Shown here one piece after another: positions 18,369 through 28,730 of a stretch of DNA of 38,495 bases; positions within the stretch are counted from its first letter, which is position 1; each line of letters starts with the position of its first letter. The stretch covers positions 1 through 38,495 of the forward strand of contig JAHHGO010000003.1 in the NCBI GenBank assembly GCA_023252275.1, in the 5' to 3' direction. The stretch comes from Alphaproteobacteria bacterium (lineage in GTDB: Bacteria; Pseudomonadota; Alphaproteobacteria; UBA11222). Under the pieces are notes generated by a model. It was given only the letters and a program-made list of their open reading frames with translations, made no database searches and was not told the DNA's origin. The translations under genes were made by a program, and so were the position numbers.

Positions 18369-19823
18369 TTATCCGACGCTGCCTTCCAGGCTGACGCCCA
18401 CCAGTTTTTGCGCTTCGACGGCAAATTCCATCGGTAAATGCTGCAACACTTCGCGGCAAAAACCATTGACCAGCAGCGCCACGGCGCTTTCCGTGTCCAG
18501 TCCGCGCTGGCGGCAATAGAATAATTGCTCCTCGCTCAGCTTTGACGTGGTCGCCTCATGCTCCACCTGCGCGGACGGATTGCGCACTTCGATATAGGGC
18601 ACCGTATGCGCGCCGCATTTATCACCGATCAGCAGGGAATCGCACTGCGTGTGATTGCGCGCGCCCTCGGCCCCCGGAAGGATGCTGACCAGACCGCGAT
18701 AGGTCGACTGGCTGCCGCCGGCGGAAATTCCCTTGGCGACGATGCGGCTGGTCGTGTTGCGTCCCATATGAATCATCTTGGTGCCGGTGTCCGCCTGCTG
18801 ATGATTATTGGTGATGGCGATGGAATAAAACTCGCCCGTGGAATTATCGCCCTTCAGGATACAACTGGGATATTTCCAGGTTATGGCCGAGCCGGTTTCC
18901 ACCTGCGTCCAGGATATTTTCGAGTTGCGTCCCCGGCACAGGCCGCGCTTGGTGACAAAATTATAAATGCCGCCGCGCCCTTCCTTGTCGCCAGGATACC
19001 AGTTTTGAACAGTTGAATATTTGATTTCGGCATCGTCCAGAACGACAAGTTCAACCACCGCGGCGTGCAACTGATTTTCATCGCGCATGGGCGCGGTGCA
19101 GCCTTCCAGATAGCTGACATAGGAACCCTTGTCGGCAATGATCAGGGTACGTTCAAATTGCCCGGTATTGGCGGCATTGATGCGGAAATAGGTGGACAGC
19201 TCCATCGGGCAGCGCACACCCGGCGGTATATATACAAAGGTTCCATCGCTGAACACGGCGGAATTCAGCGTGGCGTGAAAATTATCCGCATAGGGAACAA
19301 CCGATCCAAGATATTTCTTCACCATTTCGGGATGATCCCGCACGGCTTCGGAAATCGAGCAGAAAATCACCCCGGCTTCGTGCAGCTTTTCCTTGAAGGT
19401 TGTCACCACGGATACGCTGTCAAACACCGCATCGACGGCGACACCCGCCAGCAGCATGCGTTCATTCAGCGGAATGCCCAGCTTTTCATAGGTGCGCAGC
19501 AGTTCGGGATCAACCTCATCTAGGCTTTTAGGGCCGGACCCAAACCCCTTTGGCGCGGCGTAATAATAGGCATCCTGATAATCGATCTGCGGAAATTCTA
19601 CCCGCGCCCATTTCGGCTCTTTCATGGTCAGCCAGCGGCGATAGGCGCGCAGGCGCCAATCGAGCATCCATTGCGGCTCCTGCTTTTTGGCGGAGATGAA
19701 ACGGACAATGTCCTCGTTCAGCCCTTTCGGGGCGAACTCGGATTCAATCTCGGTGACAAAACCATGCTTGTAGGTTTCACCGGATTCGGCAACAGCCGTG
19801 ATGGTTTCGGGACGCGCACTCAT
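18369..19823 (-). CDS. sufB: Fe-S cluster assembly protein SufB
   Basis: [40 protein letters not shown] and LPMEFAVEA. Confidence 0.98.
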   Translation of the reverse strand: MSARPETITAVAESGETYKHGFVTEIESEFAPKGLNEDIVRFISAKKQEPQWMLDWRLRAYRRWLTMKEPKWARVEFPQIDYQDAYYYAAPKGFGSGPKSLDEVDPELLRTYEKLGIPLNERMLLAGVAVDAVFDSVSVVTTFKEKLHEAGVIFCSISEAVRDHPEMVKKYLGSVVPYADNFHATLNSAVFSDGTFVYIPPGVRCPMELSTYFRINAANTGQFERTLIIADKGSYVSYLEGCTAPMRDENQLHAAVVELVVLDDAEIKYSTVQNWYPGDKEGRGGIYNFVTKRGLCRGRNSKISWTQVETGSAITWKYPSCILKGDNSTGEFYSIAITNNHQQADTGTKMIHMGRNTTSRIVAKGISAGGSQSTYRGLVSILPGAEGARNHTQCDSLLIGDKCGAHTVPYIEVRNPSAQVEHEATTSKLSEEQLFYCRQRGLDTESAVALLVNGFCREVLQHLPMEFAVEAQKLVGVSLEGSVG

Positions 19824-19832
19824 AATTCCACC

Positions 19833-20960
<1,128 letters not shown>

Positions 20961-20975
20961 ACGGTTTCGGACCTG

Positions 20976-21470
20976 CTAATCGGCGGCGGACGCCAGTTGC
21001 GGGGCATCAGAATTAGTGGACATACCCTCCAATGCCGGAATGGCCCCGCTCGTGCCCAGCACGCGTTTCTGTACGACATCGTCCAGGGTGACCGAGCTGA
21101 GATAGATATGAATCTGCCGGCCGAGTTCTTCCCACAAATCATGCGTCATGCAGCGGCTATTATGTTTGGCGCATCCCATCGACGAGCCGGTCTGGCAGCG
21201 GGTCGTGCGGATGGGTTCATCCACCGCCAGTATAATGTCCGCAATGCGGATCTGATCTTTCGGATTGGCTAGCCGGTAGCCGCCGCCGGGGCCACGCACG
21301 CTGCGGACAATGCCGCCGCGCCGCAATTTGGCGAATAATTGCTCCAGATAGGATAGGGATATGTCCTGACGCGCCGCAATATCGGCCAGGGTCACTGGCT
21401 TGTCCACGCCTTCGCCCGCGAGGTCCACCATCGCCATCACCGCATAACGCCCGCGTGTGCTTAGTCTCAC
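20976..21470 (-). CDS. iscR: Rrf2 family Fe-S regulator IscR
   Basis: MRLSTRGRYAV, ISLSYLEQLFAKLRR, SVRGPGGGY, and three Cys plus His (RC..GC..RCMTHDLW) as in IscR [2Fe-2S] ligands. GTG start. Confidence 0.93.
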   Translation of the reverse strand: MRLSTRGRYAVMAMVDLAGEGVDKPVTLADIAARQDISLSYLEQLFAKLRRGGIVRSVRGPGGGYRLANPKDQIRIADIILAVDEPIRTTRCQTGSSMGCAKHNSRCMTHDLWEELGRQIHIYLSSVTLDDVVQKRVLGTSGAIPALEGMSTNSDAPQLASAAD

Positions 21471-21589
21471 TGGATTAGTCCTTTGTATAGATATGGTATT
21501 CCAGAGCAGATTTTACTGCCATTTTCAGGGCCGCTTATGATATGACCGCGCTCTGCTTCCACACCGGCTTGCCGCAGATCGCCATCTGG

Positions 21590-21621
21590 AATGTAAACAA
21601 CCTACTAAATATGTCAAGTAT
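21590..21621 (-). promoter_or_regulatory. sigma70-type iscR promoter overlapped by an IscR type-1-like operator
   Basis: Minus strand reads TTGACA (21617-21612), 16 nt, TACATT (21595-21590). The 25-mer ATACTTGACATATTTAGTAGGTTGT (21621-21597) matches 20 of 25 positions of the consensus ATASYYGACTRWWWYAGTCRRSTAT. Confidence 0.7.
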
Positions 21622-21724
21622 TTCCAGTAAATCGTAGCCAAGCTGTTGATTTAGAAAAAATAATTCTCATTTTAAACACAATCTAAATAGTCTGATACAG
21701 ACTTAAGGAAAGGAATCGAGAAAG

Positions 21725-22387
21725 ATGTCTGAAATCTTTTTCAATGGCCCGGCGGGCCGTATAGAGGGTCGCTATTATCCCGCGAACCGGGCCAATGCCC
21801 CGATTGCGCTGATCCTGCATCCGCATCCGCTCTATGGCGGATCGATGCAGAACAAGGTCGTGCATCAGGTGGGACAGATTTTCCAGAAGCATGAGTTTTC
21901 GGTTCTGCGCTTCAACTTTCGCGGCGTCGGGCGCAGCGTGGGCGAATATGATCATGGCCAGGGCGAACTGTCGGATGCCGCATCGGCGCTGGACTGGCTG
22001 CAACAGCTTAATGGAAATGCGCCGCAATGCTGGATTGCGGGCTTTTCTTTTGGCGCCTGGATCGCCATGCAATTGTTAATGCGCCGTCCGGAAATATCCG
22101 GCTTTATCGGTATTGCGCCGCCGGCCAATAATTATGATTTCGCCTTTCTGGCTCCTTGCCCGGTGTCGGGGGCCATTATTCATGGCACCGCCGATCAGGT
22201 CGTGCCGATTGAATCGGTCGATAAGCTTGTTAACAAGCTCTCGTCGCAGAAGAATATTGTCGTGGATTATATGAAGATCAAAGGCGCCAATCATTTTTTT
22301 GAGACGCATATTCCGGATCTGAGCAAGCAGGTGAGCGATTATCTGACCCGCCAGGTCGCCGTGATCGACGCCAAACAGACGGTCTGA
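21725..22387 (+). CDS. Alpha/beta hydrolase (conserved alphaproteobacterial family divergent from iscR/suf)
   Basis: GPAGRIEGRY, HPHPLYGGSM, RFNFRGVGRS, nucleophile elbow GFSFG, and GANHFF. Confidence 0.92.
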   Translation: MSEIFFNGPAGRIEGRYYPANRANAPIALILHPHPLYGGSMQNKVVHQVGQIFQKHEFSVLRFNFRGVGRSVGEYDHGQGELSDAASALDWLQQLNGNAPQCWIAGFSFGAWIAMQLLMRRPEISGFIGIAPPANNYDFAFLAPCPVSGAIIHGTADQVVPIESVDKLVNKLSSQKNIVVDYMKIKGANHFFETHIPDLSKQVSDYLTRQVAVIDAKQTV

Positions 22388-22391
22388 TCAA

Positions 22392-23528
22392 TCAGGGCTT
22401 GCGCGCAAGCACGCCGCCCGGCAGAGGGCGCGGCGCGCCGGTGGTTGAGGGCAGGCTGATCGGCAGGCCGCGCAGATGGCGCACAGCCAGATAGGCAAAG
22501 GCTTCCGCTTCCAGCGCATCGCCGCGCCAGCCGGCTTCTTCGGCGGCATGCACGGGAACGCCCAGTTCCCGGCGCAGCATTTCCATCAAGGTCCTGTTAT
22601 GCCGCCCGCCGCCACAGACGATCCAGCGCACTGGCGGTGCGGGCAAATGCCGGACTGACGCCGCCACCGACGCCGCCGTAAAGGCGGCAAGCGTCGCCGC
22701 CCCGTCTTCTGCGGAAAGCTCGGCAACATGGGACAGATCAAAGGCCAGCCGGTCGAGGCTTTTGGGCGGCGGCGCCTGAATTAGCGGTGAGGCCATCAAA
22801 GCGGCAAGCGCGGGAGCATTGACCATTCCACGCCCGCCCAATAGGCCATCACGGTCCATCGGTATTCCGGTTTTGCGCGCGCACCAGTCATCAATCAGCC
22901 CATTACCGGGGCCAGTGTCAAATGCCACTATACCGCTGCCCAGCGGATCGAGGCTGAGATCCAGCCAGCTTACATTGGCGATGCCGCCAATATTAAGCAC
23001 CGCCAGCGGCCCGCCGCGTCCGGTTTCGTCAAAATCAAGATCGCGCGCCAGCCCCTGATGATAAAGCGGCACAAGCGGCGCGCCCTGGCCGCCCTCAGCG
23101 ACATCGGCGCTGCGAAAATCATAGACCACATCTATGTCCAGACTGCGAGCCAGCCTGCCGCCATCCCCGATTTGCAGGGTGAGGCGCTGTTCGGGGCGAT
23201 GCAACAGGGTTTGACCATGAAAGCCGATCACGGCAACCTCATCAGGCTCGATCTCGGCCTCACTCAGTAACGCCAGAACGATCTGCCGGTGCAGCGCGGT
23301 CAGATCCTGCGACAGCGCGATGATTTGCGGGTCCTGCCGCGCCGCCGCGCCCAGTTTGGCCGCCAGCGTCATGGCGTCGCGCAGATTGGCGCGCATCTCA
23401 TCCTCATAAGACTGGGTAGCCCAGGGGCCAAAGGCCTCGATGCGTTCCCCATCGGTGCGGATCAGGGCGGCGTCAATGCCGTCCAGCGAGGTTCCGCTCA
23501 TCAGGCCAAGCGCTATAACTGGCTCCAT
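22392..23528 (-). CDS. anmK: Anhydro-N-acetylmuramic acid kinase
   Basis: GLMSGTSLDGID, GFHGQT, DFRSADVAEGGQGAPLVP, NIGGIAN, FDTGPGN and CGGG. Confidence 0.96.
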   Translation of the reverse strand: MEPVIALGLMSGTSLDGIDAALIRTDGERIEAFGPWATQSYEDEMRANLRDAMTLAAKLGAAARQDPQIIALSQDLTALHRQIVLALLSEAEIEPDEVAVIGFHGQTLLHRPEQRLTLQIGDGGRLARSLDIDVVYDFRSADVAEGGQGAPLVPLYHQGLARDLDFDETGRGGPLAVLNIGGIANVSWLDLSLDPLGSGIVAFDTGPGNGLIDDWCARKTGIPMDRDGLLGGRGMVNAPALAALMASPLIQAPPPKSLDRLAFDLSHVAELSAEDGAATLAAFTAASVAASVRHLPAPPVRWIVCGGGRHNRTLMEMLRRELGVPVHAAEEAGWRGDALEAEAFAYLAVRHLRGLPISLPSTTGAPRPLPGGVLARKP

Positions 23529-23612
23529 ACGACTTCATCCCACCTTTTCGCTTGCCCGCAAAGCTGATACAGCTTGTCCGCGCTAGACACAATATTAGTT
23601 AACAGAACAGCC

Positions 23613-24866
23613 ATGAAAATGAAGTTAAACTCGCTATTTTTAGAAACTTTTGTTGCCCGCGGTTATCTGCATCAGTGCAGCGACCTTGAGGGGCTGGATG
23701 CGCTGGCCGCCCGCCAGCCGATTACGGCCTATGTCGGCTATGACTGCACCGCGCCCAGCCTGCATGTCGGGCATCTGATCTCGATCATGATGCTGCGCCT
23801 TTTGCAGCAAACCGGCCACAAACCCATTGTATTGATTGGCGGCGGCACAACGCGTGTTGGTGATCCAACCGGCAAGGATGAATCGCGCCCGCTTCTGACC
23901 GATGATCAGATCGCCGCCAATATATCGAGCATCAGAAATGTGTTCGGTAAATTTCTGATCTTTGGCGACGGGCCGACCGATGCGATTATGGTCAATAATG
24001 CGGACTGGCTGGACAGGCTGAACTATATCGGATTTTTGCGTGATTTCGGCACGCATTTCACGATCAACCGTATGCTGACAATGGACAGCGTCAAATTGCG
24101 TCTGGAACGCGAACAGCCGCTGACCTTCCTTGAATTCAATTACATGCTGTTGCAGGCCTATGATTTTCTCGAACTCAACCGCAAATATGGCTGCCATTTG
24201 CAGATGGGCGGTTCGGACCAGTGGGGCAACATCGTCAATGGCGTTGAGCTGGGCCGGCGCGCCGATGCGGCGGCATTATATGGCCTGACAACGCCGCTGC
24301 TGACGCTGGCCTCCGGGAAAAAAATGGGCAAATCGGAAAGCGGCGCGGTGTGGCTGAATGGCGATATGCTTGGCCCCTACGAATATTGGCAATATTGGCG
24401 CAATGTGGAGGATGCCGATGTCGGGCGTTTTCTGCGCCTGTTCACCGAACTGCCGCTGGATGAAATTGCGCGTCTGGAAAAATTACAGGGCCAGGAACTG
24501 AACGAGGCCAAAAAAATACTGGCCACCCAGGCGACGGCCATGGCGCATGGCGCGGAGCAGGCGCAACAGGCGGCGGAAACCGCGCGCAAAACCTTTGAAG
24601 AGGGCGCGTTAAGCGATGGGCTGCCGGAATTGGTAATTGCGCAAAATGAATTTTCATCCGGCCTTGCGGTTTCGGAACTGCTGCGCCGTTCCGGCCTCTG
24701 CGCCAGCGGCGGCGAGGCCAGAAGGCTGATCAAAAACCGGGGTGTACGGATTAATGATCGACTGGTTGAGAACGAGCTTGCCGCGCTTAACCCCGCGGAT
24801 TTTTCCAATGGCGCCATCAAGCTCAGCGCCGGGCGGAAAAAACATGTTCTGGTGCGGGCGGGATAG
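23613..24866 (+). CDS. tyrS: Tyrosine--tRNA ligase
   Basis: [15 protein letters not shown] (HIGH), [16 protein letters not shown] and a C-terminal S4 domain. The start is uncertain (23574, 23613 or 23619). Confidence 0.97.
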   Translation: MKMKLNSLFLETFVARGYLHQCSDLEGLDALAARQPITAYVGYDCTAPSLHVGHLISIMMLRLLQQTGHKPIVLIGGGTTRVGDPTGKDESRPLLTDDQIAANISSIRNVFGKFLIFGDGPTDAIMVNNADWLDRLNYIGFLRDFGTHFTINRMLTMDSVKLRLEREQPLTFLEFNYMLLQAYDFLELNRKYGCHLQMGGSDQWGNIVNGVELGRRADAAALYGLTTPLLTLASGKKMGKSESGAVWLNGDMLGPYEYWQYWRNVEDADVGRFLRLFTELPLDEIARLEKLQGQELNEAKKILATQATAMAHGAEQAQQAAETARKTFEEGALSDGLPELVIAQNEFSSGLAVSELLRRSGLCASGGEARRLIKNRGVRINDRLVENELAALNPADFSNGAIKLSAGRKKHVLVRAG

Positions 24867-24873
24867 ACGGCGT

Positions 24874-25374
24874 CTATCCCCCGTAAAACACTTTTTCGCC
24901 CAGATCCTTCATCCATAATATCGCGTCATCGGCCCTGGCCTCGGGCTGTTTGGCGACATTGGCGTCGGTCACCTGGCCCACGAAGATGTGGTGATCGCCA
25001 AGATCGACAATGCGGCTGACTTTGCATTCCACACTGGCAATGGCGTTGCCCAGAATGGGTGAGCCATTGCGCCCGGCGCTGAACGGCTCGCCGCTGATCT
25101 TGCTGCCGTCAAGCTGCGCCGGTTTGAAAAAGGTGAATCCCACCGGGGCTTGCCCCTTGCCAAGCATGTTAAGAGCAAAACACTGGGTCTTTTTGATCAG
25201 CGCATAGGCCCCGCTATCCGTCTTGATAGCGACGGCGATCAGGGGCGGTTCAAACGAGGTTTGCGTCACCCAGTTAACGGTGGCGGCGGCAACCTCATCG
25301 CCCGAACGGGCAGTCAGTATATAAATTCCGTAGGGGATCATTCGCAGGGCAGTCTTTTTTGCCGCATCATCCAT
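24874..25374 (-). CDS. Flavin reductase family protein
   Basis: ALRMIPYGIYILT, QTSFEPPLIAV and GDHHIFVGQV. Confidence 0.9.
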   Translation of the reverse strand: MDDAAKKTALRMIPYGIYILTARSGDEVAAATVNWVTQTSFEPPLIAVAIKTDSGAYALIKKTQCFALNMLGKGQAPVGFTFFKPAQLDGSKISGEPFSAGRNGSPILGNAIASVECKVSRIVDLGDHHIFVGQVTDANVAKQPEARADDAILWMKDLGEKVFYGG

Positions 25375-25441
25375 GGTCAGGCTCCTTATCTATTTTGAGG
25401 AGCAAGATTTCCGCAATCCGGCCGAGGAATCAAGCGGCATT

Positions 25442-28400
25442 TTATTCCGAAGGCGTTGAGCCGGGCTGCGCGGGCGCGGCATTTTCTTCACCCGGCGCGG
25501 CAACGTCCCCCAGATTGAAAATTTTCCGCAGGAAGCCGGGCGTGAGCGCAGACAGCGGGTTGACGAAAACATCCGGATTGTCACTCGATCCGGTAACGCT
25601 GTAATTGATGGCGAACACGCCTTCATTTTTGCCGCCGAGCAGAATTTTGCCAAGGATCGGCACCTTGCCAAACACCGTATTCAGCGTATAAGCGGGTATC
25701 ACCGTGCCGTTCATATTGACGGTTCCATCTTTTTCGTTTTTTGTGCCATGCAGGGTCAGGCCAAGCTCGGAGCCCGAACCATAGGCTTCGGACAGGCTCA
25801 CAACGCCATTTTGCATTTTATAGGGTACGAAAATGCGGTCAAAGGTCAGACCGCTGCCTGTCAATATGTCGCGAATGCCGGTGAGAGAGGCGATGGTCAG
25901 AATGCGCGTCAGCACAGGCGTATTGACGACCTGCATGTTCCGTACACGAATTTGACCCTGTAGCGGCGCATCCGTGCCCGGGTCACGCGGTTGCGTGTCA
26001 AGAAATTCTCCCTTCATATCCAGATCGCCATTAACGCCACTGTCAAACAGGGCTAGGCCATATAATATTCTGCCGGCATCCTGTGAAAGCAGTGAAAATG
26101 TTCTGTTGCCGCTCTCACTGGGCTGCAAGCGCAGGGTCACCTTTTTTTCAGCGCCATAATTGCCATCGACGGCCAGCTTGATGAAATCCTTGCCATCATA
26201 ATTTCCGATCGCGGTCACATCGCGCAGAATATTTCCCTCGCGTAACAGAACCTCTCCCATACGGGCCTCCAGCGTATAGGCAAGGCCTTTTTCGTCCGGG
26301 TCCTGAATTTCGCCGGATTTGTGCAATTCAGAGATGGAAAGAGACAGATCGGCGCGGGCGCCTTTTGCCGTGATGGCATACACGCCCTGTTTGTTCCGCC
26401 GAGCCTCGACCGTCAGGTCGTTTGACGCCCCCAGTTTTAACCTGTCCATCCGGACAATGGCTGGCGGCCCCTGAGGTTCGAACACCAGACGTCCAGCCAC
26501 ATCAATCTCCTTGCCCTTAACGGACAGTTTTTCCAGTATGACGCCGCCGCCGCCCGAAGGCATGGCGAAGTCAAAACTGATCTGCGCGGCTATATCCTTT
26601 GGCTTGCGCCAGGACAGCGGCGCGGCGATCAATTCGGCCCCGTTCAGATCGGCAATGACATGGCCGCCGGAAATGTTTTTTCCGCGTCCCCACGCCTCGG
26701 CCTGCAAGCCGGCAGGCCCGGCGATCAACCCGGCGGTTGGAAAGCCAAGCGCCTCGAGCTGCTTTTCATCGGCTTTCATTTTGACGGTGTAATTACTGGA
26801 TGGCGCATCCTTTACATTGAACTGCTCAACCCAGACAATATCCGCATCGGCATTTGCCAGAAGTCCCGTTCCTTTGGCCGTGATGCCTTTTGTATTGACA
26901 TCAACATGAAGGTTGGCCTGCTCCAATGCGACGCCATTCAGCAGATCGGGCATCAGAAAGCCGTTCACATCGGCAGAAATTTCATACTGGATTTCATCCA
27001 TCCGCATGCCGTTTTTGATGGGCAGTTTCATGTTCAGGCGTGTGGCCGCTTCGCCGCCAATGCGGGCCGGATCGATGCCATACCGCGACGGATAGCCCAG
27101 CGGCTTATAGTCGATCAATTCAAGGGTTTTGGTCATGCTGCCGTTCAGCAGCAGCACAATCTGTCCATCTTTGTCAGGCAGATGCGTATTGCCAAGTATG
27201 AATTTTCCATCGCTCAGCCGTAAGCCATCCAGAATGACGCCCTCATCAAGGTTCAGTTCCAGCTTGCGGCCGGTTATCAGGGCGCTGCCGCGCGCCTGGG
27301 AGATGGGCGGCATCGGACGCAGATAATGGCCTGTTACAGCGTTGAACTTTAATTCGACCTTGATGGCTTCATCGCTGAGCGGGCCAGCGGCAAAATCGCC
27401 GCGCGCAATATTCGCCTCGAATTGCGCCGCATCAATCGTGCCTGTATCCATATTTTCCATGAACCAGGCGCGCGAGCCGCGGGCTGCGGGAATTGGCCAC
27501 AGGCGTTTAACGGTTTCGATGCTGGCGTTGCGGATGCGGCCGGACAGATGAATGGCCGGGCTGGCAACGCCATATTCGACCGTTCCCGCAGCGTTGATCT
27601 CCAATGGCCCTTGCTTCAGTAGCGCGCGCTCAAGACGTATCAGGCCATCACTGAAACTATAGGCGCCCAGGATCTCAAGACTGTCTATCTGAACCGGCTC
27701 CGGTATCAGCTCCGGCAGAATAATTTCCCCCGCGCCGGTGCGGACATTGGCGTTTAACCCCAGCAGGGTGCCATCGCGCGCCATTTGGATTCCAAGCTGG
27801 CCGCTTACAGGCAGGTGAAATTTGGCAAGCTCGGCCAGCGCCACCGCTTCGTCAGCAAGGCGGAAAGGTTCCACGCCGCTAAAACTGACATCAATCTGGC
27901 TTTGTTGCGTTGCGCTGTCGAAATTTCCACCTAGCGACAGATCCCAGCGCTGTTCGTCAATTTTCAGGCCGATGCCGGCCTGTCCGGTAATTCCCTGCGC
28001 GGAACGCGAGAACGAAAAATTGGCCTTACTGGCCTGCCATACGGTTTCAAGCCGCAGATCGCGATAATATAATTCGACATTATCGATCGCCAGATGTTCC
28101 AGCGCCCCCATATTGCCGCTAAGGCCGGGCGGCTCCAGCAGTGCGGCAAAGGCGCGCGACAATAAACCCGATATGTCGGGCGGATTCATTTGTTTGAGAT
28201 TATCCGGCGCCGCGCCAGCGCCAAGCCGGAAAGAACCATCCAGCAGACGCACAATGGTCATGGAGGCGCCATTCAATTCCACCGATTTGGGGGCGATGCG
28301 CCCCAATAACAGGCCGCGCGCGCTAAGCCCAAGGTCAAGCCGCTGCGCCTGGGCCACAAGATTGCCGGAGGTTTCTTTTATCCGCGCGCCGGTGATGGTG

Positions 28401-28627
28401 ATTGCAAGAGAGGGCTGCAAATCGCTCCAGTCAATGACCGGCTCGTCAAATTCCCATTTGTAACCGGGGGTGACTTCGTCGAGCATCTCCCGCAGATAGT
28501 CGCCGGCAAAGGACAGGCTGACGGGACCGCTGGCGAGACGCCATAGCGCCAGCGCGGCAAGCAGCGTAACCACCGTCAGCGCGGCTCCAAGGCCGCGCAT
28601 AAGTATCTTGGTTGAACGAATAATCAC
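25442..28627 (-). CDS. YhdP/AsmA-like envelope-spanning protein (DUF3971/AsmA_2-type)
   Basis: N-terminal TM anchor followed by WRLASGPVSL, a beta-rich body, and C-terminal GTVIPAYTLN...VPILG..LLG...EGVFAINY...VNPLSALTPGFLRKIF. Divergent from glnE as is typical. Confidence 0.85.
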   Translation of the reverse strand: MIIRSTKILMRGLGAALTVVTLLAALALWRLASGPVSLSFAGDYLREMLDEVTPGYKWEFDEPVIDWSDLQPSLAITITGARIKETSGNLVAQAQRLDLGLSARGLLLGRIAPKSVELNGASMTIVRLLDGSFRLGAGAAPDNLKQMNPPDISGLLSRAFAALLEPPGLSGNMGALEHLAIDNVELYYRDLRLETVWQASKANFSFSRSAQGITGQAGIGLKIDEQRWDLSLGGNFDSATQQSQIDVSFSGVEPFRLADEAVALAELAKFHLPVSGQLGIQMARDGTLLGLNANVRTGAGEIILPELIPEPVQIDSLEILGAYSFSDGLIRLERALLKQGPLEINAAGTVEYGVASPAIHLSGRIRNASIETVKRLWPIPAARGSRAWFMENMDTGTIDAAQFEANIARGDFAAGPLSDEAIKVELKFNAVTGHYLRPMPPISQARGSALITGRKLELNLDEGVILDGLRLSDGKFILGNTHLPDKDGQIVLLLNGSMTKTLELIDYKPLGYPSRYGIDPARIGGEAATRLNMKLPIKNGMRMDEIQYEISADVNGFLMPDLLNGVALEQANLHVDVNTKGITAKGTGLLANADADIVWVEQFNVKDAPSSNYTVKMKADEKQLEALGFPTAGLIAGPAGLQAEAWGRGKNISGGHVIADLNGAELIAAPLSWRKPKDIAAQISFDFAMPSGGGGVILEKLSVKGKEIDVAGRLVFEPQGPPAIVRMDRLKLGASNDLTVEARRNKQGVYAITAKGARADLSLSISELHKSGEIQDPDEKGLAYTLEARMGEVLLREGNILRDVTAIGNYDGKDFIKLAVDGNYGAEKKVTLRLQPSESGNRTFSLLSQDAGRILYGLALFDSGVNGDLDMKGEFLDTQPRDPGTDAPLQGQIRVRNMQVVNTPVLTRILTIASLTGIRDILTGSGLTFDRIFVPYKMQNGVVSLSEAYGSGSELGLTLHGTKNEKDGTVNMNGTVIPAYTLNTVFGKVPILGKILLGGKNEGVFAINYSVTGSSDNPDVFVNPLSALTPGFLRKIFNLGDVAAPGEENAAPAQPGSTPSE

Positions 28628-28730
28628 AGACGGGTTTCAGTATTGCCGTATTCTCATTCTCACACCACCCTATATACTGGCGCTATCCGGGTCAGGAATC
28701 GTGACCGGCTTATATTCAGGCGGCTGTTGA

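Noticed and set aside
18368-18466. N-terminal extension of SufC in the ORF track
   Set aside because: It overlaps the conserved sufB 3' end; the ATG at 18367 gives a normal SufC start.
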